Notes under the pieces: model-generated
What the model saw: only the letters and a program-made list of their open reading frames with translations
Told to the model about the DNA's origin: nothing
Databases searched by the model: none
Translations under genes and position numbers: made by a program
Shown: in pieces, positions 1 to 8,592 of the stretch
How the letters are laid out: each line of letters starts with the position of its first letter
Position numbering within the stretch: the first letter of the stretch is position 1
Assembly (NCBI GenBank): GCA_963808235.1
Contig: CAWEEQ010000004.1
Span: forward strand, 1,024,001-1,088,000
Origin: an uncultured delta proteobacterium
GTDB lineage: Bacteria > Desulfobacterota > Binatia > Binatales > Binataceae
Direction of reading: 5' to 3'
DNA: 64,000 nt

Positions 1-243
1 GCCTACACATTCGACTCCAACGGAAACGTTCAACTTCCTCACGGAAACGTATTCGCGGTGATCGTCACCGGACCCGGCGGAGCACTGCTTGTCGAAGGTA
101 CCGACTTCACCGTGGACCGAGCCGACGGAATTATCGTGGCAAGAGACGGCAATGCGCTCTTACCGGGCGAAACAGTCCAGATCGCGTACGCATACGCCGA
201 CCAGGCAATAGCAACTACGAATCAAAGTGCGCCGACTAACTAG
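1..243 (+). CDS. 3' end of upstream phage tail-associated protein (5'-truncated by window; possibly tail terminator/Gp37-like)
   Basis: Frame 1 is open from base 1 (AYTFDSNGNVQLPHGNVFAVIVTG...) to TAG at 241-243. It lies directly upstream of the sheath, and its C-terminal domain resembles a domain inside the sheath. Confidence 0.7.
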   Translation, partial: AYTFDSNGNVQLPHGNVFAVIVTGPGGALLVEGTDFTVDRADGIIVARDGNALLPGETVQIAYAYADQAIATTNQSAPTN

Positions 244-275
244 TTCATACGACTCAACTGAGTAATAGGTGATAC

Positions 276-1817
276 ATGCCAGCCAGTTTCTTGCACGGGA
301 TTGAAGTAATCGAAGTACCGAATGGATCGGTCGCAGTAAGCGTCGTGAAGTCAGCGGTGATTGGGCTGGTGGGGAGCGCTCCTTCGTGGGCGGTCACCGC
401 ACCTGCGGTCGCGGTGGCGCCCAATACGCCGACGCTGGTTTCCTCGGCGCTCGATGCGGCGAACTTCGGACCAATTATCCGCGGCTACACGATTCCCTAC
501 GCGCTCGCCGCGATTCAGGCGCAGGGCAGTGGACAGGCCATCGTGGTGAATGTGTTCGACGCGACTCGGCATTTCACTGCGATTGCAGCGACCGCATTCA
601 CCTTCAATGCGAATGGAGCAATCAACCTCGGCCACATGGGAGTATCGAGTGTAGTAGTAACCAGCAACCCGGCGGGCACTACCTACATCGCCGGGACTGA
701 CTATACGCTCGATGCAATCAACGGCGTGATCAGTATAGTGCCGACTGGATCGGGCGGTCACATCACAGCCGGCGCCAGCGTTCTGATTGCGTTCAACTAT
801 GCGGACCCGTCGAAGGTGTCGGACGCCGACGTCGTCGGCGCGGTGACCGGCGGGGTGTTCACCGGCATCCAGGCGTTTCTGACGACTTTCGGAACGATGG
901 GATTCTTTCCGAAGCTACTGATCGCTCCGGGCTACGCGCAGGACGCATCGGTGGCCACGGCGCTGGGAGCGGCGGCGGACAAGATTCGAGCGATGGCGCT
1001 GGTCGACTCGCCGCCGTCGACCTCGGCGGCGGCGGCGATCGCAAACCGCGCGGTGGTGGGCAATGGGTTCGCTTCCACCGACAGCCGCGTCATTCTGTGT
1101 TACCCGCAGGAAACTTTCTTCGACACCGGAATAGTCCCAACCGGTGTGACGCTCAGCACTTCGGGAACTCCGGTAACGACGCAGCTCAACGCAAACGCGG
1201 TGGCGCCTTACTCGCAGTGGGTAGCCGGCGCGATCGCCGCGCGCGATCTCGCCAATGGCTATTGGTGGTCGCCGTCGAACATGCAAGTAAACGGCATCCT
1301 CGGTCCGGACGTTCAGCTCTACGCCTCGATACTGGATCCGTCGTCGGACGTGAACAACCTGAACGCGGCCGGAATCGTAACGGTGTTCAACGCCTTCGGC
1401 AGCGGGCTCCGGGTGTGGGGAAACCGGAGCGCGGCGTATCCGCTGTCGACCACGCCGGCCAATTTCATTTCGGTGCGGCGCACGATGGACGTGATCGAAG
1501 AGTCGGTGGAACTTGCGATGTTGCAGTTCATCGATCAGCCGATCTCGAACGCGCTGATCGACACGATCCTGGCGAGTGCGAATGCATTCATCAGATCGCT
1601 AATCCAGCGCGGGGCGCTGGTGGATGGATCGGCCAGCTTCAACCCGGCCGAGAATCCAAGCGCGCAAATTGCGGCCGGCCAGTTGGTCTTCGATATCGAC
1701 GTGATGCCGCCGCCACCCACGGAAAGGATTACCTTCCAGGCGTTCATCGATGTGAGCCTGCTCGCGGAACTCGGACAGACCAGTCCTATAACCGCCGCGG
1801 CAGGAGCGACCGCCTAG
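276..1817 (+). CDS. Contractile phage tail sheath protein (P2 FI-like)
   Basis: N-terminal FLHGIEVIEV, AVIGLVG, LLIAPG, GYWWSPSN, GLRVWGNRS and FISVRRT motifs; C-terminal PPPPTERITF; SD-like AGGTGA upstream. Confidence 0.95.
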   Translation: MPASFLHGIEVIEVPNGSVAVSVVKSAVIGLVGSAPSWAVTAPAVAVAPNTPTLVSSALDAANFGPIIRGYTIPYALAAIQAQGSGQAIVVNVFDATRHFTAIAATAFTFNANGAINLGHMGVSSVVVTSNPAGTTYIAGTDYTLDAINGVISIVPTGSGGHITAGASVLIAFNYADPSKVSDADVVGAVTGGVFTGIQAFLTTFGTMGFFPKLLIAPGYAQDASVATALGAAADKIRAMALVDSPPSTSAAAAIANRAVVGNGFASTDSRVILCYPQETFFDTGIVPTGVTLSTSGTPVTTQLNANAVAPYSQWVAGAIAARDLANGYWWSPSNMQVNGILGPDVQLYASILDPSSDVNNLNAAGIVTVFNAFGSGLRVWGNRSAAYPLSTTPANFISVRRTMDVIEESVELAMLQFIDQPISNALIDTILASANAFIRSLIQRGALVDGSASFNPAENPSAQIAAGQLVFDIDVMPPPPTERITFQAFIDVSLLAELGQTSPITAAAGATA

Positions 1818-1842
1818 TCGGCCCGGACGCCAGAGGAAAAGA

Positions 1843-2361
1843 ATGAATATCCAGATCAACTCACTGACTAATGCAAATATCTACATCGACGGTGTCGGGC
1901 TGCTGGGGCGAGCCGAAGAAATTGAAATACCGCATCCCAAGCACAAGATGATCGACTACAAGGGACTGGGCATGGCGGGCACCGCTGAGCTGTGGGCGGG
2001 AGTCGAAAAGCTCGAGTCGCGAATCAAGTGGTCGTCGTTCGACGCGGACACGCTTTCGATGTCGACGAGCCCATTCACCACGCATAACTTTCAGGCCCGC
2101 GGAAGTCTGGAGCAATACACAAGCCAGGGGCGCAGTTCCCAACTTCCGGTCGTTTACCTAATGACGGGAGTATTCAAGGACGCGGGGAGCCCCAGCTTCC
2201 GGCAGCATCACATGGTCGAAACGACGTCGCGCGTAAGTGTGTATCACTGCGAACTATACGTCGCTGGGGTGCAAATTTATTTGTACGACGTGTTCGCAAA
2301 TATCTACGTCGTGGGAGGTGTCGATCAACTGAGTAATTTCCGATCGAATATCGGCGGATGA
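1843..2361 (+). CDS. Phage major tail tube protein (P2 FII-like)
   Basis: 172 aa directly after the sheath; LTNANIYIDG..LLGRAEEIEIP, GMAG, GVEKLE and terminal VGGVDQL..R..IGG. Confidence 0.93.
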   Translation: MNIQINSLTNANIYIDGVGLLGRAEEIEIPHPKHKMIDYKGLGMAGTAELWAGVEKLESRIKWSSFDADTLSMSTSPFTTHNFQARGSLEQYTSQGRSSQLPVVYLMTGVFKDAGSPSFRQHHMVETTSRVSVYHCELYVAGVQIYLYDVFANIYVVGGVDQLSNFRSNIGG

Positions 2362-2401
2362 CCGTGCCTGGCCGCGAAATCGCGGCATGGAGCGATGCGC
2401 T

Positions 2402-2767
2402 ATGAAGACCGACGAAGTTACGGTGAACGGAGTGCGAATCGGCGGCGCGGAGGCTCTGGAAGAGCGAGAGACGAAGACGATCGAGCTGCCGTCGGGAGCG
2501 CGGGCAGAAGTTCGCACGGGTGTGGGGCGCGACTTGATGCGAGCGCAACGGGCAGTGGCCGGCGGAGACGCGAGTGCGGTGGTATTCGCGCTGATCGCGG
2601 AACTCGCGCGGATCGATGGTCGCAAGATCGTCTACGAAGACGTGCTGGAGATGGAACTTGGCGATGTGATGGCGTTGCAGGCGGAGGTGATCGGCGAAAA
2701 TTTCGAGCGCCCTCCGCAGCGAGCTTCGCAGGCCTCGTCCAATCCGGATTCTCAGCCGGAGAGCTAG
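2402..2767 (+). CDS. Phage tail assembly chaperone (GpE/Gp41-like)
   Basis: Follows the tube gene; IELPSG, GRDLMRAQR and EDVLEMELGD fit the TAC family. Start may instead be 2387. Confidence 0.8.
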   Translation: MKTDEVTVNGVRIGGAEALEERETKTIELPSGARAEVRTGVGRDLMRAQRAVAGGDASAVVFALIAELARIDGRKIVYEDVLEMELGDVMALQAEVIGENFERPPQRASQASSNPDSQPES

Positions 2768-2862
2768 CCGAGATGGATTTTGCGGAGCTGTCGTACTGGC
2801 TCGATGCGGTCGCGGAATATGAACGGATGCGCATCGAACGCGGCGGAGGGAACGATAGGTGA
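2698..2862 (+). CDS. GpE'/GT extension of tail chaperone reached by -1 frameshift
   Basis: The -1 frame reads KFRAPSAASFAGLVQSGFSAGELAEMDFAELSYWLDAV (GpE-like G.s..el..M...El..W). It begins at slippery heptamer A_AAT_TTC (2698-2704). Confidence 0.75.
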   Translation, partial: KFRAPSAASFAGLVQSGFSAGELAEMDFAELSYWLDAVAEYERMRIERGGGNDR

Positions 2863-2926
2863 GTAGTAATTCGATTGACTATTGCGAAATGCGTGAACCA
2901 ATGAGTCACGCGAACACGGTGAAGCG

Positions 2927-3211
2927 ATGGGTGTGAGACTATTCGTAGGTAATTTGAGTTTTTCGCTGGGCGACAACGATCTGCGCGCGGCATTCGCGGA
3001 CGTGGGTAGTGTGGAACGCGCCGAGATTGTGCGCGATCGCTACGACGGGCGCTCGCGCGGTTTTGGATTCGTCGAGATGCGCAACGAAGACGACGCGGCG
3101 GTGGCTTTGCGTTCGATGAACGGAAAGGAACTCGCGGGACGATTGCTACGCGTTGAAGCGGCAACCTCGCAGCGCCGGCCCTTCGAGCGCAATACGGCGC
3201 GGCCTGGTTAG
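2927..3211 (+). CDS. RNA recognition motif (RRM) RNA-binding protein
   Basis: RNP2 LFVGNL and RNP1 RGFGFVEM, plus NGKELAGRLLRVEAA; 94 aa. Confidence 0.95.
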   Translation: MGVRLFVGNLSFSLGDNDLRAAFADVGSVERAEIVRDRYDGRSRGFGFVEMRNEDDAAVALRSMNGKELAGRLLRVEAATSQRRPFERNTARPG

Positions 3212-3243
3212 CGCCGAGCGAAGTCGCGGTATCGAGATGGATT

Positions 3244-4278
3244 ATGAAAAAGACGGAGCGATCCAAGGCGGACATCATGAAGCGCGGCCCTGGTGAATCG
3301 GCGTTGGCGGGAGGGCACGACGCACTTAGCCAGGTGGCCGGCTTCGTACGCGCAAGTATCGAGGTCGCTCGGGCGACCGATCGGCTGGCAAAGATCGCGC
3401 GACAGCAAATTCCCCTTGCCGCGTACGGACTGGTTACGAGAACCGCGACGCCCGCCGAGATGGAGTCGATGCGAGGTGGCTCTCAGAGCCATCTGGAAGA
3501 TCCGGCGTGGCCAAGTGAAGGTGGGAGCGCGTTTCAAGCTGCGGATGCGATGGTGGCGCTTCAGAGGTTTGCATCGAACCTCAAGGCACTCGACGCGGCA
3601 CGAGTCGGAGAGGGCAGGCGCTTTCTGCGCGGATCGGAAAGCTTAAGCGTGAGAGCGACCGGCGAGATGTCGGAGATCGGCGGGCCGGAAATGGATTCTA
3701 CAGTCGATGCTCGCGGCAGATTTTTCCGGGCCGTTCAGCAGTCGGCCTCTCGCATACAAGCGCTGAGGGGGATCGGAAGCAGAGAACGTCTGGAGGGTCC
3801 GGATGGCAAGCGAAGTTCGAACGTCACGCTCTCATGGGGTGACCTTGCGGGGCGGGCAGATCGCGCGCTTGGCCTTGTCGGCCGACTCTCAACGGAAGGC
3901 GAAGAATCATCACGCGGGCCTGGTCCGCGCTTCGAGCGGAGTCGTGCCTCGTTCAATGTCGACCGAATACTAACTTCGACTGAAAAGTATATGTCGGGGT
4001 CGAGAGGGCGCGGATGGAACGGGGCGAGAGGCACGATAGTTGCGCCGGCGAGTCTTTCGCGGCCGGAATTTGCGGAGCCCATGCGCGGCGTATATGGGCA
4101 GGAGTCGAGGAGCACGCCTGGGGCGATAACGATCAACTCGACTCCGACAGTGGTTATCAATGCGGGCGAGCCCGGCGATGTTGAGCGTCAAGTAGCCGGC
4201 GCGCTGAGACTGCATCGCGAGGAATTGTTCGATCAATTGAAACGAGAGTCGGTGCGGCGCGAACGCGCGCAGTTTTAA
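3244..4278 (+). CDS. Atypical short tape-measure-like protein
   Basis: Occupies the tape-measure position before gpU. The C-terminus ITINSTPTVVINAG...LRLHREELFDQLKRESVRRERAQF resembles P2/Mu tape-measure C-termini; the rest is low-complexity and R/G/S-rich. Confidence 0.6.
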   Translation: MKKTERSKADIMKRGPGESALAGGHDALSQVAGFVRASIEVARATDRLAKIARQQIPLAAYGLVTRTATPAEMESMRGGSQSHLEDPAWPSEGGSAFQAADAMVALQRFASNLKALDAARVGEGRRFLRGSESLSVRATGEMSEIGGPEMDSTVDARGRFFRAVQQSASRIQALRGIGSRERLEGPDGKRSSNVTLSWGDLAGRADRALGLVGRLSTEGEESSRGPGPRFERSRASFNVDRILTSTEKYMSGSRGRGWNGARGTIVAPASLSRPEFAEPMRGVYGQESRSTPGAITINSTPTVVINAGEPGDVERQVAGALRLHREELFDQLKRESVRRERAQF

Positions 4279-4294
4279 GTGAGAGGCAGCACCA

Positions 4295-4873
4295 TTGTTC
4301 GCAACGTTGGGTGAAATTCCGTTCGAAGTAGTCGGCTCGCCTGAGGGCTACGAATCGAGCCGGGCATACGATTTCGCCGAGCATCGAGTGGTCGAGAGCA
4401 AGCCGCGGCTGCAATGGGTAGGCAACGATCTCGAGCGCCTGAAATTTGAATTGCGGCTGCATTCATCGTTCACCGACCCGGCCGCGAAGCTGGCGCTGCT
4501 GCGCGCGACGGCGGCGGCGCATCTCGCGTTGCCGCTGGTTTTTGGCGACGGCGGTTTTCGAGGGTTTTTCGTAATCGAATCCATATCAATGAGATCGCAG
4601 CAACTTTCGGCACACGGTGCTCCGATCGCGATTACAGCCGCGCTCGCGCTCAAGGAATGGGCGGTGGAATCCGAGTTGTTCGCAGGGTCATCGCCGATCC
4701 CGGATTTTGTGCCGCTGGGAATCATGCCGGCGGCGAGTTCGAGCGGCGGCTCGGCGCCGATCCCGGGGATATCGGCATTACTTAGTGTATCTCCTGCGAC
4801 GGGCACGACTGGACCGAACCTCGAGGCAAACGACGTACCAGTCTCGGTGATAGTAAGGAGCGCCGCACCATGA
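4295..4873 (+). CDS. Phage tail protein GpU-like
   Basis: MFATLGEIPF, FAEHRVVESKPRLQWVG, LPLVFGDG.F.GFFVI and LKEW; TTG start; Pro/Ser/Gly-rich C-terminal extension. Confidence 0.9.
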   Translation: MFATLGEIPFEVVGSPEGYESSRAYDFAEHRVVESKPRLQWVGNDLERLKFELRLHSSFTDPAAKLALLRATAAAHLALPLVFGDGGFRGFFVIESISMRSQQLSAHGAPIAITAALALKEWAVESELFAGSSPIPDFVPLGIMPAASSSGGSAPIPGISALLSVSPATGTTGPNLEANDVPVSVIVRSAAP

Positions 4874-5112
4874 CGCAGGGGACGCAATACATACTTCATA
4901 TCACCAAAGCGGGTGAGCGGTGGGATTTGCTTGCGTGGCGATACTACGGCGATCCGACTGACTATAGCCCGATCATAATGGCTAATCCGGATGTTGCGAT
5001 CGAACCGGTATTTGACGCGGGAATAGCTATCGCGGTGCCTATCGTCCAGAAGAGCACGGTGGTGAGCGCAGATTTACCGCCGTGGAAAATGCCGCGGCCG
5101 GTGGGCGTGTAG
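4870..5112 (+). CDS. Phage tail protein X (LysM-like, GpX)
   Basis: HITKAGERWDLLAWRYYGD...ANP...LPPWK; ATGA overlap with gpU. Confidence 0.92.
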   Translation: MTQGTQYILHITKAGERWDLLAWRYYGDPTDYSPIIMANPDVAIEPVFDAGIAIAVPIVQKSTVVSADLPPWKMPRPVGV

Positions 5113-6126
5113 ATGGCTGCCGCAGTATTGCATTCCGTTCGCGCGCCGCAGTGGGTGCTTACCTACGAGGGTGTGAACATCACTACGGATATATCGCACA
5201 TGGTACTTGCGATTAGCTATGTGGACCGGCTTGGTGAGGCGTCGGGCGAGTTTGAGGTAGAGCTGGAAGATCACGCGAAAAAGTGGCAAGGGCCATGGTA
5301 TCCGGGACTGGGAAACATACTCAGTCTGCAGATTGGCTACTCCGGCGAAGCACTACTGGATTGCGGGTCCTTCCAGGTCGACGAACTGGAGTTCGACGGG
5401 CCACCGGATGTGATGCGACTCAGATGCCTGAGCGCGTACATCACACCAGCGATGCGCACGCCAAATACGATGGCCTACGAGGGTCAGAGCATCGTGGATA
5501 TCGCCGGGCAAATCGCGTCCAAGTATGGACTCAGCCTGGTGACGGCGCCCTCGGCCATCGAGAGCGACGTAGTGTTTGCGCGCGTAACCCAACGCCGCGA
5601 AACGGATCTCGGATTTCTGAAGCGCCTTGCAATCGAGCACGGTTTTGACTTCACGGTGCGCGGCGCGCAGATGGTCTTTTACGCGCGGACGGCTCTGGAA
5701 GCGGTAATCCCGCTGGTCGTGATCACACGGCCGGACACGACAGGGTTCTCGTTTCGCAACCGGACGCGGCGAATTTACAGCGGCGCGGAAGTGGCTTACT
5801 TCGATCCTGACACCAAGCAGTTGATCACTCAGACCGTGACAGCGATTCCGCTGGTCCCGACGACGGACACGCTCAAGATCGTAACGCGTTCGGAAAACGC
5901 ACAGCAGGCCCTGGTGAAGGCCCAAGCGGCGCTTCATCTGCACAACATGGTGTTCGTCGATGCGTCGATCGAGGGTCCGGGGAACGTGATGCTGGTGGCG
6001 GGAAACCAAGTGGAGATATCCGGATGGGGCGCGCTTGACGGAGCGTATCTGATTGAAACGGCGCGGCATCGGGTCGCGCGTGCGAGCGGATACACGACTG
6101 CGATCGAGGCGCGCCGGGTTGATTAA
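5113..6126 (+). CDS. Phage late control D / baseplate hub protein (GpD-like)
   Basis: ISYVDR, LQIGYSG, GSFQVDELEFDGPPD, TQRRETDLGFLKRLA and G.YLIETARH. Confidence 0.92.
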   Translation: MAAAVLHSVRAPQWVLTYEGVNITTDISHMVLAISYVDRLGEASGEFEVELEDHAKKWQGPWYPGLGNILSLQIGYSGEALLDCGSFQVDELEFDGPPDVMRLRCLSAYITPAMRTPNTMAYEGQSIVDIAGQIASKYGLSLVTAPSAIESDVVFARVTQRRETDLGFLKRLAIEHGFDFTVRGAQMVFYARTALEAVIPLVVITRPDTTGFSFRNRTRRIYSGAEVAYFDPDTKQLITQTVTAIPLVPTTDTLKIVTRSENAQQALVKAQAALHLHNMVFVDASIEGPGNVMLVAGNQVEISGWGALDGAYLIETARHRVARASGYTTAIEARRVD

Positions 6127-6271
6127 AGTGTCGCAGCGCAAAAGAAAGACCGCTACGCGCGGGGCGGCAGGGGTGACCCCTGCACCCAGTGTCCATTCCA
6201 TTCAATCGCAAAATCCCGCGGACGGTATTTTGCTCCGGTCTGATGGCGAAGATAGGTGAAGGGAACGAATC

Positions 6272-6964
6272 ATGAATCAGCTCATTGAATATCGCGAAAG
6301 ATTTTTCGCGCAGAATCCGGCGTTTCGGGTTGGGATCGTGCAGCAGCAGGATGCCGCGCACGCGAAGGTCCGCGTGGTGTTTCCGGATTACGACGAAGTG
6401 ATCAGTTGGTGGCTGCCGGTGGTTTTCGCGAAGACGCAGAACGACAAAGCTTACTGGATTCCGGACGTCGGAGAGCAAGTCGTTTGTCTGATGGATTTGC
6501 GGGACGAAGCAGGCGCGGTGCTGGGCGCGATTTATTCAGACGCGGACTTGACGCCGGTGAACAGCGCCGACAAGTTTCATCTCGGGTTCCAGGATGGCAC
6601 CAGCATCGACTACGATCGCGCGGCACACGTTCTCGATCTCCTTTTCCAGGACACCACGGAACTCAAGTACGACGCTCATGTCCATCTGCTCGATCTGAAG
6701 TTTCAGGACCAGGGCGAGATCAAATACGACGGCACCGAGCACATTCTGACCGTGAGCCTTCCGCAGGGTGCGGCGTTCAACGTTACCGCGAACGGTGCGC
6801 AGATGCAGATCGATTCTAACGGCGACGTCATCATCAGGGCTGCCGGACAGGTGAGGCTTGGAACCGGTCAACTGGCAGGAGTCGCGCGGTTGGGCGACAC
6901 GGTTCAGGTTGGCAATCAGACGGGAACGATCGTGACGGCGAGCGCCGACGTGTTGGCAGGGTAA
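6272..6964 (+). CDS. Baseplate assembly protein V (spike)
   Basis: OB-fold KVRVVFPD..ISWWLPV, YWIPDVGEQVVCL and GAVLGAIYS; three 19-aa repeats; PAAR-like C-terminus. Confidence 0.92.
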   Translation: MNQLIEYRERFFAQNPAFRVGIVQQQDAAHAKVRVVFPDYDEVISWWLPVVFAKTQNDKAYWIPDVGEQVVCLMDLRDEAGAVLGAIYSDADLTPVNSADKFHLGFQDGTSIDYDRAAHVLDLLFQDTTELKYDAHVHLLDLKFQDQGEIKYDGTEHILTVSLPQGAAFNVTANGAQMQIDSNGDVIIRAAGQVRLGTGQLAGVARLGDTVQVGNQTGTIVTASADVLAG

Positions 6965-6967
6965 GCG

Positions 6968-7384
6968 ATGCCGGCAGGAGCAATAACGCTCGCGGACATC
7001 ACGTCGGCGGACTGGTCGCTGGAGCTCGGCACGATTGGCGGGGTGGTACAGGGGATTGCGGACGTCGAGCAGTGTCTGGGGATCATCGTGACGACGCCGC
7101 GCGGTAGCGATCCACTTCGGCCGACGTTTGGCTCGGACATCTGGCGATATATCGATTTTCCGATCGACGAAGCGCTGCCGGCGATCGTGCGTGAGCTGAC
7201 CTCGGCAATCACCACGTGGGAGCCGCGGGTGAATCTGATTTCGGTAACGGCGCAACCGGTGAACGATGGGAGCACGCAGTCGGGGGCGCATCTTGATGTG
7301 ACGCTCACGTGGCAACTGAAGCTCGGCGGCGCACCATCGCCAGCGCAAATCACGATCGTGACAATCCCGGGAGCGGCGGCCTGA
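6968..7384 (+). CDS. Baseplate wedge GpW/gp25 family
   Basis: IIVTTPRGSDPLRPTFGS and AITTWEPRV. Confidence 0.93.
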   Translation: MPAGAITLADITSADWSLELGTIGGVVQGIADVEQCLGIIVTTPRGSDPLRPTFGSDIWRYIDFPIDEALPAIVRELTSAITTWEPRVNLISVTAQPVNDGSTQSGAHLDVTLTWQLKLGGAPSPAQITIVTIPGAAA

Positions 7385-7421
7385 CGCTGGGCCGCGCCGA
7401 TGGCGATGAAAGGATGAGTTG

Positions 7422-8591
7422 ATGGGCGCAGGAATTCCGTCGCTGCCACCGCCGATATTCGTGAACGATGCCGACGGCCTGGATCCGAACAAGATCCTGG
7501 CCGACATGATCGCCGAGTTCGAGGCGGCATCGGGGCGCACGCTTGCGCCGGCGCAAGTCGAGCGCCTGCTGATCAATCTCTATGCTTATCGCGAGTCGCT
7601 GGTGCGAAACGCGATTCAGTATGCGGGGGAGCAGAATCTGCTGGCGTTCGCGTCGTTTCCGATGCTTGACTATCTCGGTCAACTGCTCGGCGTGAGCCGG
7701 CTCGCGTCGCAGCCCGCGTCGACTACGATCCAATTCACACTGACGAACGCGCTCTCGGTGCCGTTTACGATTGCGGCGGGAACCCTGGTTGGGACCAACG
7801 ATGGGAACTTTGCATTTGCGACGGGCGCCGCAATCACGATCGCGGCGGGCGCGACGACCGCGAGTGTCGCAGCCCTGGCGACCGCTCCAGGAGCCGCCGC
7901 GAACGGCTACTTGGCCGGACAGGTGAGCGTACAGCTGAATCCGAGCGCGCTAATCGCGAGCGCTAGCAATACGACGACGACTGCAGGTGGATCGGCTCCT
8001 GAGACCGACGATCATCTGCGGACACGAATCCAGGCGGCGCCCAATCAATTCAGCGTCGCAGGACCGGTCGGCGCGTACCGGTTTTTCGCGATCGGCGCCG
8101 ATCCGTCGATCATCGACGCGCAGATCATGAGTCCGGCGCCGGGAATAGTGAACGCATACGTGCTGACCGGACCGATCAGTGTGCAGCCCGCGGCGGCGCC
8201 GAACAGCGCCGGGGTAGCGAGCGGATTGCTGCTCGCAAAAGTTGCGGCGGCGCTGAACGCAGACATCGTGCGGCCGCTTACCGACACGGTGAACGCGCTC
8301 GCGGTGACTGAAATCGACTACCAGATAAGCGCGACGGTAACACTTTATGCCGACGCCGATCCGACCGCGACGATAGCGGCGGCGAGTGCGGCGGCGCAGG
8401 AGCTCGCGCTCGAGCTGGCGGCGAAGATACAGCGCGACATCGTGCCGAGCCAGGTTATCGCGGCGCTTTCGGTAGCGGGGGTGTACGGTGTGACGCTCTC
8501 GTCGCCGGCGCTGACGACGCTCGGCGTGGGGCAGTGGGCGAACTGTACTGCGATTACGCTGACGACCGCGTTCAGCACGGAGCATAGCTGA
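7422..8591 (+). CDS. Baseplate J/gp47 family protein
   Basis: GRTLAPAQVERLLI, QNLLAFA, GG...ETDDHLRTRI, FSVAGP..AYRF and VRPLTDTV. Confidence 0.93.
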   Translation: MGAGIPSLPPPIFVNDADGLDPNKILADMIAEFEAASGRTLAPAQVERLLINLYAYRESLVRNAIQYAGEQNLLAFASFPMLDYLGQLLGVSRLASQPASTTIQFTLTNALSVPFTIAAGTLVGTNDGNFAFATGAAITIAAGATTASVAALATAPGAAANGYLAGQVSVQLNPSALIASASNTTTTAGGSAPETDDHLRTRIQAAPNQFSVAGPVGAYRFFAIGADPSIIDAQIMSPAPGIVNAYVLTGPISVQPAAAPNSAGVASGLLLAKVAAALNADIVRPLTDTVNALAVTEIDYQISATVTLYADADPTATIAAASAAAQELALELAAKIQRDIVPSQVIAALSVAGVYGVTLSSPALTTLGVGQWANCTAITLTTAFSTEHS

Positions 8592-8592
8592 T

